NCBI GenBank assembly: GCA_965199495.1 | Contig: CBDASK010000003.1 | Span: forward strand, 1,344,001 to 1,408,000 | From: Abditibacterium sp. | Lineage (GTDB): Bacteria > Armatimonadota > Abditibacteriia > Abditibacteriales > Abditibacteriaceae | Direction: 5' to 3' | DNA: 64,000 bases | In this document: piece after piece, positions 10,916 to 21,560 of the stretch | Position numbering within the stretch: position 1 is the first letter of the stretch | How the letters are laid out: each line of letters begins with the position of its first letter | Notes under the pieces: generated by a model | Told to the model about the DNA's origin: nothing | Databases searched by the model: none | The model's input: only the letters and a program-made list of their open reading frames with translations | Program-made: the position numbers and the translations under genes

Positions 10916-11719
10916 TTACGCCGGGCGAATGAAACTCACGGCCATGCCGGTATGCAGTTTACGGCGTAAAGGTAGAGGTAGAGTGCGCGAAGAGCGTTCG
11001 ATCAGTTGAACCAAACGTGAAGGCATAAATTTCAGCAGCATTCCCATTTTGAGATGACCATTTGTTAAGGGGTTGGTGTAGAGCTGAACGTTTTTTATCT
11101 GAAGACCCGCTTTGTCGGCTAAGACTTCTAATTCGTCGGTGTGCAATAGAAAAATGTGACCGTCCGAATTGGGTTTGAATTGTATGCTCTCGAATTGAGA
11201 AGGGTCAGCACACTGAGAGAATTTAGGCAATTTGTTAAGAAGGTAACCACCGTTTGGCGTAGTCATTACGATGTGTCCTCCTGGTTTGACAAGTGCAGCG
11301 ACCGAAGCAAGAAATTCGTCGGGGTGCGCGACATGCTCGATGATTTCAGTAATTAGAACTGCATCGAATTTTTCATCGAAATCCAACTCGAACGCGTTTC
11401 CAGGCGCGTAATGAACGATGCCTTTTTCATGCTTGAGCTTGACATAATCCATCAACTCGGTGCGCAAATCGTTCCATGTCACTTCGTAGCCCATCTCGGA
11501 TAGAGACAGAGTGAAGTTGCCTTGCGCAGCCGCAACATCAAGGATTTTAGCGCCTGGAACACACACTTGCTTTATGAGTTCAAGTGTGTGCTGACGCCGA
11601 TCATCATAAGCATAAGCGTAACCTTTGACTGTTTGAGTACCGAAAACTTCAAGCAAATCATACTCGTAACTGCTGGACCAGCTTTCGGGCCATTGTGCAT
11701 TGGGAATGGGTTGTTTCAT
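10916..11719 (-). CDS. Class I SAM-dependent methyltransferase
   Basis: KILDVAAAQG, FDAVLITEIIEHV and VKPGGHIVMTTPN. Confidence 0.88.
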   Translation of the reverse strand: MKQPIPNAQWPESWSSSYEYDLLEVFGTQTVKGYAYAYDDRRQHTLELIKQVCVPGAKILDVAAAQGNFTLSLSEMGYEVTWNDLRTELMDYVKLKHEKGIVHYAPGNAFELDFDEKFDAVLITEIIEHVAHPDEFLASVAALVKPGGHIVMTTPNGGYLLNKLPKFSQCADPSQFESIQFKPNSDGHIFLLHTDELEVLADKAGLQIKNVQLYTNPLTNGHLKMGMLLKFMPSRLVQLIERSSRTLPLPLRRKLHTGMAVSFIRPA

Positions 11720-11754
11720 GATGTATGGGAAAGAGCAAAAAATTAGCGCAACAG

Positions 11755-12315
11755 TTAAGAAAACAGGCGGCAGTAAGAAACTGAGTGTAGGAGATCAGGA
11801 TTGCGTTTGGCGATTACACGTGCAGGCACGCCAGCTACAATACTCAACGGCTCGACAGTTTTCGTCACAGTAGCTCCCGCCGCAACAATGGCTCCTCTGC
11901 CAATGGCGACACCAGGCAAGATCATTGCTCGCGTGCCAATAAAAACGTAGTCTTCAATAATTACACCGTTCATGCGTCCTTCAAAAGTAGCGCTCTGTGG
12001 ATCATGATCCGCTGTGAGAATACACACTTCGGCTGATATCGAAACGTTATCGCCAATAATAATGCCACCACGGTTATCCATACGGCACTTTTGGTTAATA
12101 GTCGAGTTAAAGCCCATGCGGAATTCGCCTCTGGAATCGAACCATGCATCCATAAAAATGAAGCTACCTTTTCCAATCTTACAGCGCAAAGCGCGGCGGT
12201 AGAACCACAGACGAAAAGCGTGAGATGGAATGCGAGCTATAATACGGTTAGTTAAATATAGCAATCCATCGAAGTGAATCCGACGAGCAAAATTTTTCAT
12301 TTCAAGATAGCTCAA
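11755..12315 (-). CDS. LbH acyltransferase
   Basis: IEDYVFIGTRAMILPGVAIGRGAIV...GVPAR. Confidence 0.9.
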   Translation of the reverse strand: MSYLEMKNFARRIHFDGLLYLTNRIIARIPSHAFRLWFYRRALRCKIGKGSFIFMDAWFDSRGEFRMGFNSTINQKCRMDNRGGIIIGDNVSISAEVCILTADHDPQSATFEGRMNGVIIEDYVFIGTRAMILPGVAIGRGAIVAAGATVTKTVEPLSIVAGVPARVIAKRNPDLLHSVSYCRLFS

Positions 12316-13140
12316 TTATTTGTGTTTATCACCACTTCTCCTCTTTAAGAGTTGGAGACGATATTGAATATAGGGAATCCCAAGCAGTTTCAGGCAACGT
12401 AAAAATGCCAATTTATGCCGAACTTCACTCGAGGGCGGTCCAACCGACCAGTTTTCGTTTTCGGCGCCGAATAAGCGTTTCCATTCACGTTCAGCTTCTG
12501 TTTGCCCAACAGACCAAATTGTGGAACTTTTATTATCAGGGTGACAACGAAAACAACCTAAATAGTCATCAATTTTGCAGAAGAGTCCTACTTGGTAAAG
12601 TCGTGAAAAAAACTCTAAATCCATAGCAAAACGCAAACTGGCGTTCAGTAGACCGATTTTATCCATCGCATTACGCCGCCAGAATGCCGTCTCTGAACAA
12701 ACATTAAAGCCATAGCATTGAGGATTGAAGGGCGGTAAGGCTGTCCATCCTACGACATGATTATCTGCATCAATAAGAATTCGGTCGCCATGAACCACAA
12801 TACAATCAGGATTCTTCTTAAATGCACCGATCACTTTGAGAAAAGCGCCTTTTACGTAGGTATCATCACTATTGAGCCAACCTATGATTTCTCCTGTCGA
12901 ACGACGAATTCCCTTGTTGATAGCATCGGCCTGGCCATCGTCCTTCTCCGAAATCCAGTAAGACAAGTGTTTCTCATACTTTTTAATAATATCAACCGAG
13001 TTGTCTGTGCTTCCGCCATCAATAATGATGTATTCGAGATCAGGATAATTTTGATCGAGAACCGATTGAATAGTCACTTCCAAAAACCGGCCTTGGTTAT
13101 AACTGGGCGTCACTATAGAAATTTTAGGGTAGTTTTTCAT
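12316..13140 (-). CDS. GT2 glycosyltransferase
   Basis: ISIVTPSYNQ, IIDGGSTD and WLNSDD. Confidence 0.92.
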   Translation of the reverse strand: MKNYPKISIVTPSYNQGRFLEVTIQSVLDQNYPDLEYIIIDGGSTDNSVDIIKKYEKHLSYWISEKDDGQADAINKGIRRSTGEIIGWLNSDDTYVKGAFLKVIGAFKKNPDCIVVHGDRILIDADNHVVGWTALPPFNPQCYGFNVCSETAFWRRNAMDKIGLLNASLRFAMDLEFFSRLYQVGLFCKIDDYLGCFRCHPDNKSSTIWSVGQTEAEREWKRLFGAENENWSVGPPSSEVRHKLAFLRCLKLLGIPYIQYRLQLLKRRSGDKHK

Positions 13141-13167
13141 CGGAGAAGAACACATATACAATGTTCG

Positions 13168-14415
13168 TTACAACAAAGTTGTGTAGAGTTGAGCATAGCG
13201 TTGTGCTTGAAGATTGAGAGAATACTCGGATAAAGCGATGCTACGACATTTTACCCTTAATTTGTCTTGTGAATCAAGATCACCAAAAATATATGTTAGA
13301 GTAGAGTGTAGCTCTGAAACATCTTTGGGACTCACCAACCATCCCGTGACGTTAGGACGCACCATATCTGTGATACCACCAGATGCAAAACCCACCACCG
13401 GAGTTCCACAGGCAAGCGATTCGAGAACAGTATTGGGTAAATTGTCTTCAAGCGAAGGAATGATGAATACATCAGCGGCACTATAAATCATGGAAAGCAA
13501 ACGCTCGCTGGCGATGTGACCGAGATGTAAGTGTGGCATTTCGATGTTTAGCACAGGACTGTTTTTTCCTACCGAAATAAGAAATCCCTTTGGTAACTTC
13601 AAATTCTGCAATGCTTCGGTTAAATACGCCAATCCCTTGCGCGTTTCATCGAGAGCATCCGCGACAAATAACATCACCTGAGCATCTTGTGGCACGCCCA
13701 GCACATCGCGCGCAGATCGTCGGTCTCGCGGCGCAAAAGCGTCTGTATCTACTCCGTAGGGTATGGTAGCCTTGGGAAAGCGGCCCAATAAACTGCTGCG
13801 ACCTGCTTCCTCGGTTAGCCACCGACTAGGAGCAACAACACGTAACTGTTCACTTCGGAGATGAGTGAATGCTTGATTTTTGCGAGTCCAACTTTCGCGC
13901 GAAAAATCGTTTTCTTTGTCTGATCCCAATTGAGGGCACGCGCCACACTGCTGCGAGAATTTGTCGCACCCCGAGCTATAATGGCATCCCCCAGTGAAAG
14001 GATTCATGTCATGTAGAGTCCATACCAACTTTTGATTTGCTGGCAATCCTGAGAAAACATCCTGATAATCTAAAAACCACGTGGTCCAATGTAAATTGAG
14101 GATGTCACACTCTGGCAACTGTTCCAAAATATCGCGCCCGTAAATGCTCCGATCTGTGGAAAAATAGTTGCCGTCAGCAGGGCGATTGGGGTAACGCTTC
14201 AACTCTCTGTAAATCAAGGTTTTCTTTACGCGTTTCAGAGGAGATTGCAACAAATTCCCTTCGCGCAATTCCACCACAGTTGCATCTTCCGACGAGCGGC
14301 GCAACACAAACATCGAAGAATCAACGCCGGCTTGACATAACCCTTGGTGAAGACGATACGCGGCTCGTGCGGCTCCACCTTGAATATCACTGGTCGCAAA
14401 ATGAACAACTTTCAC
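13168..14415 (-). CDS. GT4 glycosyltransferase (WcaC-like)
   Basis: GGAARAAYRLH, WTLHDMNPFTGGCHY and PSLEDNLPNTVLES. Confidence 0.9.
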   Translation of the reverse strand: MKVVHFATSDIQGGAARAAYRLHQGLCQAGVDSSMFVLRRSSEDATVVELREGNLLQSPLKRVKKTLIYRELKRYPNRPADGNYFSTDRSIYGRDILEQLPECDILNLHWTTWFLDYQDVFSGLPANQKLVWTLHDMNPFTGGCHYSSGCDKFSQQCGACPQLGSDKENDFSRESWTRKNQAFTHLRSEQLRVVAPSRWLTEEAGRSSLLGRFPKATIPYGVDTDAFAPRDRRSARDVLGVPQDAQVMLFVADALDETRKGLAYLTEALQNLKLPKGFLISVGKNSPVLNIEMPHLHLGHIASERLLSMIYSAADVFIIPSLEDNLPNTVLESLACGTPVVGFASGGITDMVRPNVTGWLVSPKDVSELHSTLTYIFGDLDSQDKLRVKCRSIALSEYSLNLQAQRYAQLYTTLL

Positions 14416-15320
14416 AGATTTTCACTCTCTCTTTGCATATTTGTAACTTCGGGTTTCCACGCATAAAGATGTAAAAGGCCTTTGCCATCTGGCACGGATG
14501 CATAAGGAGTTGGAATTTTCTCGCCTGGTAAGTCTGAGGCAATTCGAGCATGATTAAAAACAAAGGAGAATCCGGCGGAAGATAAAGAAGAGAGAAGCTT
14601 ACCTAATGCTGCGTCATCAGATTGGCGAATATGAACTTCGCAAACTAGTCGATCAACCCATTTCATCTTGTCAGCCCGGCACAAGTCCTCCAAAACACGA
14701 TATTCTGCTCCCTCAACATCCATTTTTAACAAATCAACACGTTGATTGATGTAATTGGCTAATCGTGTAGCTTTAACCTCGCCTGTCCCCGACTTCTCAT
14801 TCACGAACCCTGCATCAGATTGATCAGATGCAAAGGATATTTTACAGTCTTCATCCCAAACTGCAGCTTCGATGATGTCAACCGATGTTAGAGCCAAATT
14901 ACGAATATTGAGTCCTAATATTTGACATATTTTAGGATCAGCTTCAAAAACAACAATGCTGCTATTTGGATACTGGCGCTTAAATCGCAACACACTCAGA
15001 CCAATGTTGCCGCCACAATCTATAATAAACGGGTTGCTGCGCTCGCAATGAAAATCATATCCGCGTTCTACAAAAATCTCATTGAATTGGGACTCCAAAG
15101 AAGCAATATCAACATAATGAAATTTCCCAAAAGGGAAACTAAAAATCCCGGCAACGCGACGAGAGGTTTTCCTAACATCCATGCTCAGGCGCGCGGACAC
15201 TTCCTCTGTATTTTTTGCTCTCAGGCCGAGCCTTTTTCTTGTTTTATAGTAAAAATTTAAGCAACGTGGAGAAAATTTGAGTAATTTTTTTATACTTTTC
15301 ATGAGATTCAACTGTTTCAA
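14412..15320 (-). CDS. FkbM-family methyltransferase
   Basis: IIDCGGNIG and LLKMDVEGAE. Confidence 0.88.
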   Translation of the reverse strand: MKQLNLMKSIKKLLKFSPRCLNFYYKTRKRLGLRAKNTEEVSARLSMDVRKTSRRVAGIFSFPFGKFHYVDIASLESQFNEIFVERGYDFHCERSNPFIIDCGGNIGLSVLRFKRQYPNSSIVVFEADPKICQILGLNIRNLALTSVDIIEAAVWDEDCKISFASDQSDAGFVNEKSGTGEVKATRLANYINQRVDLLKMDVEGAEYRVLEDLCRADKMKWVDRLVCEVHIRQSDDAALGKLLSSLSSAGFSFVFNHARIASDLPGEKIPTPYASVPDGKGLLHLYAWKPEVTNMQRESENL

Positions 15321-15462
15321 TCTTTCTTATCCTTTTCTGACAGAGGTCTTCCTGCAGTTTGTTCGTAGTAGCGTCTGCAAGAAGACCTTTACTCCTTTTC
15401 TGTTGAAGAGCACTTTCTAAATATTATCACTATAAAAAGTGCATGGTATTATCACACTACTA

Positions 15463-16050
15463 TCAAGCACGTTTACGCAATGCGCGAGCTGGCACGCCGA
15501 CTACCACTAAATTAGAGTTTAATGATTTATTGACAACTGCACCAGCACCTACAACACAACCTTTACCAATAGTTACCCCATCCAATATCCTAACGCCACA
15601 GCCGATCCAAACATTTTCTTCTATATTGATTCCCACGCTTGTCTCTATTTGCTCCCGTATGGGAACCCTTAAATCTAAAAATCCATGACTATTAGGGATA
15701 ATTACTGTATGAGCAGCAATTAGGGTGTCTTTACCAATTCGCAAGCCGCCATGCCCATAAAGAACGCAATAAGGCCCAATAAACACATTTTCTTCAATAT
15801 CTATTCTCCCTCCAGAAGTTGCTAAAATCACTCCTTCTGATATAGTAACGCCTTCAGACACATGAATATGGCCACCTCCAATTCCAGTTGCCTCAGTTTG
15901 AAGTAGAGCACTGGCTGAAATGACTGCGCTGTTGGCAACGTAAACACCTGCTCGTTTGTTAAGTAGGAAGCGTCTCATCCTCCAACGAATTTTCAGAAAG
16001 CGAACTTTAACTGAACGTAACGCTAATTCACAGATGCCAATGATATTCAT
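15463..16050 (-). CDS. LbH acyltransferase
   Basis: IEENVWIGCGVRILDGVTIGKGCVVGAGAVV...GVPAR. Confidence 0.9.
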   Translation of the reverse strand: MNIIGICELALRSVKVRFLKIRWRMRRFLLNKRAGVYVANSAVISASALLQTEATGIGGGHIHVSEGVTISEGVILATSGGRIDIEENVFIGPYCVLYGHGGLRIGKDTLIAAHTVIIPNSHGFLDLRVPIREQIETSVGINIEENVWIGCGVRILDGVTIGKGCVVGAGAVVNKSLNSNLVVVGVPARALRKRA

Positions 16051-16106
16051 AAAAATAGGAGTCGTTAATTTATTGTAATGTATTTTTGCCTTCTTTCCTT
16101 ATTATC

Positions 16107-16286
16107 TAGCCCCGTGTGCAAGTTCTTTTTACGTTTAGGAGAAGAGCCAAATTGTCATTCTGAGCGTGGAGAGGCACGAACGAAGTCGAAGAATCCTGAA
16201 CTTCATGCATTCTTCGACTTCGTTCGTGCCTCTCCACGCTCAGAATGACAGAAGAAATCGTGAAAACGAACTCGCACATGGGGTTA
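16107..16286. repeat. Nested palindromic element A1: perfect 42-bp REP arms inside imperfect outer inverted repeats
   Basis: TGTCATTCTGAGC...GAAGAAT (16153-16194) is the exact reverse complement of 16209-16250. Outer TAGCCCCGTGTGCAAGTTC / GAACTCGCACATGGGGTTA. Direct repeat TTATCTA at 16102-16108 and 16284-16290. Confidence 0.85.
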
Positions 16287-16299
16287 TCTATTTAGAAAA

Positions 16300-16908
16300 T
16301 ACAACTTAAAGAATTGAATTCAGTGAATTTTCAGAAGAATACGTTTCTTAGCTTCTCAAAAAAGCTCTTTTGGACAGATGTATCTGCGAACATGATCAGG
16401 AATGTAGATTTGTCTGCTTCTTCATTCCTCTCAATACTTAATGGGTACTGGAGATAACAAAATCCAATTCATCTGTGTAGAAATGTGGGCGATGTAGTCC
16501 GCCATTTCCTCACCGGAGTGTGTTCTGACGGCTTGATCATACATTTATAATTTGATCCATGTGTGGCGAGAATGTTGGCTTGCATCTCCAGTTCCGAGAG
16601 CATGGAACGAATCCAAGTAAATCCGACAAATCTGCTTCAGATCTGGAACCGTAACTCGCAGAATTCCTCATTCCTCCGGGTTTGAGAACTCGAAAACATT
16701 CTCGAATGAACAGTGTGCCATCAACACGCCCAAAATGCTCTAAGACATTGGAATGATAAATGGCATCAAAGCTCTTGTTACTGAAGGGCAATTCTTGGAG
16801 CAGGTCGTGAGTGATGACGCGTTCGTCGCTAAACACGAAATCTACGATCGTCCAACGCGAGTCGTTGCAAAATCGCGTGCCATGCCTCAGGTTAAGTAAT
16901 TTGGCCAT
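16300..16908 (-). pseudogene. Degraded SAM-dependent methyltransferase
   Basis: LNLRHG in place of LNLGCG. A 7-bp duplication at 16663-16676 shifts the frame after LKPGG; the restored frame reads ILRVTVPDLKQICRIYL. In-frame TAA at 16545-16547. The 3' boundary is approximate. Confidence 0.8.
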
Positions 16909-17029
16909 AAATTTTTCTCACTCGTAAATTATCAGATTTATTGACTACAAATCAACTGTGTCGGATTTGGAGTAAGCCCAGCGCATGAATTTTAAATATA
17001 GTGTTCTGACTCATTTGATTTGCTGAATT

Positions 17030-18292
17030 TTACCGAGCAATTATTTCGCATTCACCTTGCAAGAACATGAGTCCATGAGAAGCTTGAAGTTGGAATCCGT
17101 TGTCATACACATCACATTCCATAACGTCAAATTGCATCGCGTTTTCTATAAAATCGAGCATTCTAATGTTATGTTGTGCAACGGCGATATCGATAGTGTA
17201 ACTTCCTGGAAGAAAAAACATTTTGGGTAAAGAAAATATAACTTTTTCTAAATTGTGGCGGGGTTGCTGTATCTTTGAGTGCGTCATATTAGTGGCAAAA
17301 GTCGCCAGAGTTTGACCATTTAAAGTTTTAAATACAATGCCAACCAGTGCTTCTTGGAATTCGCTCAAACCCTCGACTTCAACGATAAATTTAAAGGATT
17401 CTCCCATGACCAAAACGTCTGTCATCTGCCCTTTGGCATCAAGTAGACACATTTTTTGTATGATTAGAGAACCGGGCAAATGCGCGTTGTTACGTTCACT
17501 TAACCCCTTCTTCTCCGCACTGCCATCGAGATTGCGGCTCGATTTATTATAAACCTCAATGGCTTGGTCGGTATCGCCTACATACGCAACTTCACCATGT
17601 CTCATCACGATGCAATTAGTGCAGAGCTTTTGCACTGCGCTCATATTATGGCTGACGAACAACACGGTTTTGCCTTCTTGCTCCGAAACGTCTTGCATCT
17701 TTCCCAAACACTTCTTCTGAAACTGTGCGTCGCCAACCGCCAACACTTCGTCAACGATCAAAATTTCGGGATTCAAATGAGCAGCCACGGCGAACGCCAG
17801 TCGCACATACATTCCACTACTATAACGCTTCACTGGCGTGTCCAGAAATTGCTCGACTTCAGCGAAATCCACGATAGCGTCGAACTGGCGAACAATTTCG
17901 CCTTTCCTCATTCCCAAAATTGCACCGTTTAGGTAGATATTTTCACGGCCCGTCAATTCGGAATGAAAGCCCGTTCCGACTTCGAGCAAGCTTCCGACTC
18001 GTCCATAAAGCCTAACTTCACCTTGCGTGGGTTCTGTAATCTGGCTCAAAATTTTCAGCAAGGTGCTTTTGCCTGCGCCGTTACGCCCAACAATACCAAC
18101 AACATCGCCTCTTTTTACGTCAAATGAAACATCTTGAAGCGCCCAAAAAATTTCTTTTTCGACCTTTTCAATAGGATTTTTCAGTCGGTGAATCAAAGCT
18201 TCTCGCACCGTAGTATGACGAGTATCGTTATGGGCAATTGTATATGACTTGGATAGTCTACGAACCGAAACCGCAATATCTTTAGATGACAT
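17030..18292 (-). CDS. wzt: Polysaccharide ABC transporter ATP-binding protein with C-terminal Wzt_C-like domain
   Basis: GRNGAGKSTLLK, YSSGMYVRLAFAVA, ILIVDEVLAVGD and a C-terminal extension. Confidence 0.92.
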   Translation of the reverse strand: MSSKDIAVSVRRLSKSYTIAHNDTRHTTVREALIHRLKNPIEKVEKEIFWALQDVSFDVKRGDVVGIVGRNGAGKSTLLKILSQITEPTQGEVRLYGRVGSLLEVGTGFHSELTGRENIYLNGAILGMRKGEIVRQFDAIVDFAEVEQFLDTPVKRYSSGMYVRLAFAVAAHLNPEILIVDEVLAVGDAQFQKKCLGKMQDVSEQEGKTVLFVSHNMSAVQKLCTNCIVMRHGEVAYVGDTDQAIEVYNKSSRNLDGSAEKKGLSERNNAHLPGSLIIQKMCLLDAKGQMTDVLVMGESFKFIVEVEGLSEFQEALVGIVFKTLNGQTLATFATNMTHSKIQQPRHNLEKVIFSLPKMFFLPGSYTIDIAVAQHNIRMLDFIENAMQFDVMECDVYDNGFQLQASHGLMFLQGECEIIAR

Positions 18293-19226
18293 CGGCGAAC
18301 CTCCTTTCCATTTTCTTGAACGCAAACGCACCAACAACAAAAAGTGATATGGAACACAGCGCCGAATAAATGACCGCGCCCCATACCGGTTCTTGGCCAC
18401 CCAATATGGACCAACGAAAAGCTTCCAGTAATCCGGCCATGGGGTTAGCTAAAAAAGCTCGACTTGCCCATGTCGCCATTTCAGGTGAAAGTTTGCCTGA
18501 AATTTTTTCTGTCACAGTCGCAATTGAGTAAGCCACGGGGCTAGCGTAAAGTAGAAAGTTCATCATCACTGGCACTACATATTGCACGTCGCGGTAAGAA
18601 ACCATGAGCGCAGATAGGTATAATCCACAACCAATAGCAAACAGCAAAGTCAGGGCCATCCAAAGAGGCAATAGTAACAAGCTCCAACTTGGCACGACGT
18701 GATAAATTGCCATCAGCAAAGCCATCATGATTGCTGCCACACCAAAATCAATCAATGACGAATAGACTGTGGAAAGTGGCAAAACTAAGCGCGGGAAGTA
18801 AACCTTTGAAACTAGATTTGCGTTCTGCACCAGCACGCCACTTGATTTCGTTAGTGTGCTGGAGAACAAGTTCCAGCACAGTAATCCGGCGTAAGAGAAC
18901 ACAATGAACGGCACGCCACCCGACGGCAATCCGGCTACAGCGCCAAAGACAAAAGAGAAGATACCCGCCGCGATGAGCGGTTGCAATATGACCCAGATAG
19001 CGCCTAATGCCGTCTGGCGGTAACGCAATTTCACATCGCGTTGCGCGAGTGTATTGAGCAAATCGCGGAACTGCCAGACCTGCCGCAGATCGAGCGCCTG
19101 CCATCCGCTACTAGGACGAATGATGAGATGCGGCTCCGGCTCATCTATTGAAGCAGACACATCAGGCGTAAGAGACTCACTGTGAATATCTAACTTAGCT
19201 GGTGGGGGACTCGTAGTTTGTTCCAT
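18282..19226 (-). CDS. wzm: Polysaccharide ABC transporter permease
   Basis: RDVKLRYRQTALGAIW, KVYFPR and FADVI C-terminus. Overlaps wzt. Confidence 0.92.
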   Translation of the reverse strand: MEQTTSPPPAKLDIHSESLTPDVSASIDEPEPHLIIRPSSGWQALDLRQVWQFRDLLNTLAQRDVKLRYRQTALGAIWVILQPLIAAGIFSFVFGAVAGLPSGGVPFIVFSYAGLLCWNLFSSTLTKSSGVLVQNANLVSKVYFPRLVLPLSTVYSSLIDFGVAAIMMALLMAIYHVVPSWSLLLLPLWMALTLLFAIGCGLYLSALMVSYRDVQYVVPVMMNFLLYASPVAYSIATVTEKISGKLSPEMATWASRAFLANPMAGLLEAFRWSILGGQEPVWGAVIYSALCSISLFVVGAFAFKKMERRFADVI

Positions 19227-19502
19227 TGAAAATATGCCTTTAATCTTAAGTCACTTTTGTCGGTGACAGACTCTCTGGCCAAAGGGATAGAGAGTCATTG
19301 CCATGTATCCATGTATATCACAAGGTCAAGGGGAGGTTCTTGTCAGTCACGGCTATCTTCGGATCTATTCACCGATATTATTGGAATTCAGCCATAATTC
19401 GGTGTTGGGTGAAGGGCGTTAAGGAAGGCGAAAATAACTCAACGCGCTAAACAGGCTGGCTTCCGCCAAAGCATAGCGGGAGCGCGCTCATAGCAGTGTG
19501 CG

Positions 19503-19531
19503 AGGGCACCCTTTGTAAGAGCGCCCCTTAC
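19503..19531 (-). repeat. Single degenerate REP-like hairpin after the wza stop
   Basis: Minus strand reads GTAAGGGGCGCTCTTACAAAGGGTGCCCT, an imperfect stem with a GTA(A/G) tag. Confidence 0.4.
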
Positions 19532-19537
19532 TACAGA

Positions 19538-21532
19538 CTAACGAAAGATGGTGAACAGACTAGCCGCTCCGAGAGCGTCGCTCAATTGGAAACCGCGTCC
19601 TTTGGATGGGATGAAGAGCACGTCGTTGGGTTGGAGCATCACGTTTTGGGTGGTCGCTCCTTTTTTACCACCGTAGAGGGCTTCCAAGTCAATCGGGATC
19701 GGCGTGACTTGACCGCCTACCACACGGACGATGCGCGCGTCTTTGAGGTCAGCGCTTCCGGCGCCGCGCGTGCCGGTTGGGCCGCCAGCGTTGTTGATGG
19801 CGTTGAGTACGGTGGCATCCGAGGGCGAGTCGGGATAGGCAAACTTGCCCGGCGCGTTGACCTGGCCAACTACGGTGTAGAACACGGTGACTTGTGGAAT
19901 GACCAGCGCGTCGCCCGCTTTTAAGCGGAAGCCGGTGAGCGAAGGTTGATCTTTGGTGCCGCTTAAAAACACGTTCAAATCGAGCGGGATTTTGACGCCC
20001 TGACGCAAAACATAGGCCTTGCTCAGCGCGGCTTTGTCGTTGCCGTTGCCCGCCTGCGCCAACAGCGAAACCACACTTAAATCGTCGGTCAGATTGTAAA
20101 CGCCCGGACGCGCAATCGCGCCACTGACGGTGACTTGATCGGAAATATCGGGCACGCGAATCACGTCGCCGCGCAGCAAACGGAAACTTGAAATTTGCGG
20201 ATCGAGCGCGTTTTCGACCAAAACCGGACGCAAATCCATTTGGATTTGCTTGCCATCACGCAAGACCGAAACGTTGCGCAAGCTGGCATTTTTGGTCGGG
20301 TCGCCCGCTTTGGCGAGGGCCGAGAGCAGAGTTTCGTTGTCGGTTATCGGATACGAACCCGGCGTAGCCACGGCGCCGCTGATGATAACGTTGGAATCGC
20401 GTTTGGGCACGAACAAAACGTCATCGGGCCGCAAAATCGTGTTGTCGGGCGCGGTGCCGTTTTGAATCGCCGCCACGTCAATCGGCGTGATACGTTGCTC
20501 GCCATTGACAACGCGCGTCAGCGTTACTTTGGATAAATCGGCGCCTTCGCCCGGCCCGCCAGCCTGCGCCAAGAGGCGCAAAAGCGTGGCGTCCGCCGGG
20601 TCTTCGGGCAGAGGATAAAAGTTGGGCTGTTTCACTTCGCCGGTCACGCCGATGCGGTCGGTGTTGGCGGGCACCGTCAACACATCGCCCAATTCAAACT
20701 GAAAATTGTTGAGCGGCGAATCAGCCGGAATGCGGCCCGATTCGACGGCGCTCAAATCGAGCGGGATGTTTTTTCCAGCGCGCAAAATGTAGGCGTTGCG
20801 CGCCGATGCGCCCGTTTTCAGACCGCCCGCCTGAGCCAGCAAACTGGCAACGGTCAGGTTTTCGTTCAAATCGTAGTTGCCGGGTACGTTCACGTTGCCG
20901 GTCACGGTGAGTTGTTTGGTGAAATCCTGCGCGTCCAAAATTATCAAATCGTCGGCGCGTAGCGGCAAATTAGCGGTACTCGTCGGATCGGAAATAGCGC
21001 CCGCGACATCAAAGGGAATATCGCGGCCTTGGCGGATAATGCGTCCTTTGATACGCGTGGGTTTGGTAGACAAACCACCCGCCAGACTAATCAAATCAAC
21101 GGCGCGCGTTCCGGTTTTGAATGGATAGGGGCCGGGGGCTTTGACGGCGCCCGAAATGACCGCCTGTTTCAACGCCGCCGCCCTGACGGTGACTTGCACG
21201 CTCGCATTGTTAAGCGTGCGCCCCAAACGGCGCTCGATCTCTTTGGCCAATGCCAACGCGGTTTTCCCCTGCGCCATCACTTCGCCGACACCGGGCACGG
21301 TGATTTTTCCATCGGGGCGCACCACAACTTCGCCTCCGACATCGGGATGATTGGAAACGGTGATTTGCAATGTATCGCCCACACCCAATTGATATTGGGC
21401 GCCCAAAGCGGGCGCAGTCGAGGGTAAGGGCGCGGCCCATGACGGCGTCACGCCAGCGAGGGCACCGCCGCACAAAACTAAAGCCAGCTTCAAGCGGCGT
21501 GGGGGAAAAGATACAAAGAAGAGATGAGACAT
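19538..21532 (-). CDS. Polysaccharide export protein (Poly_export plus multiple SLBB repeats), Wza-like
   Basis: YQLGVGDTLQITV...VRPDGKITVP followed by about seven repeats of the form V.G.V..PG.Y. N-terminal signal peptide. Confidence 0.88.
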   Translation of the reverse strand: MSHLFFVSFPPRRLKLALVLCGGALAGVTPSWAAPLPSTAPALGAQYQLGVGDTLQITVSNHPDVGGEVVVRPDGKITVPGVGEVMAQGKTALALAKEIERRLGRTLNNASVQVTVRAAALKQAVISGAVKAPGPYPFKTGTRAVDLISLAGGLSTKPTRIKGRIIRQGRDIPFDVAGAISDPTSTANLPLRADDLIILDAQDFTKQLTVTGNVNVPGNYDLNENLTVASLLAQAGGLKTGASARNAYILRAGKNIPLDLSAVESGRIPADSPLNNFQFELGDVLTVPANTDRIGVTGEVKQPNFYPLPEDPADATLLRLLAQAGGPGEGADLSKVTLTRVVNGEQRITPIDVAAIQNGTAPDNTILRPDDVLFVPKRDSNVIISGAVATPGSYPITDNETLLSALAKAGDPTKNASLRNVSVLRDGKQIQMDLRPVLVENALDPQISSFRLLRGDVIRVPDISDQVTVSGAIARPGVYNLTDDLSVVSLLAQAGNGNDKAALSKAYVLRQGVKIPLDLNVFLSGTKDQPSLTGFRLKAGDALVIPQVTVFYTVVGQVNAPGKFAYPDSPSDATVLNAINNAGGPTGTRGAGSADLKDARIVRVVGGQVTPIPIDLEALYGGKKGATTQNVMLQPNDVLFIPSKGRGFQLSDALGAASLFTIFR

Positions 21533-21560
21533 AATGAAAAACGGCAAAACGCAGAGACGC

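Noticed and set aside
15344..15388. 14-bp hairpin AGGTCTTCCTGCAG/CTGCAAGAAGACCT
   Set aside because: Single short hairpin with no related copy in the window; at most a weak terminator.
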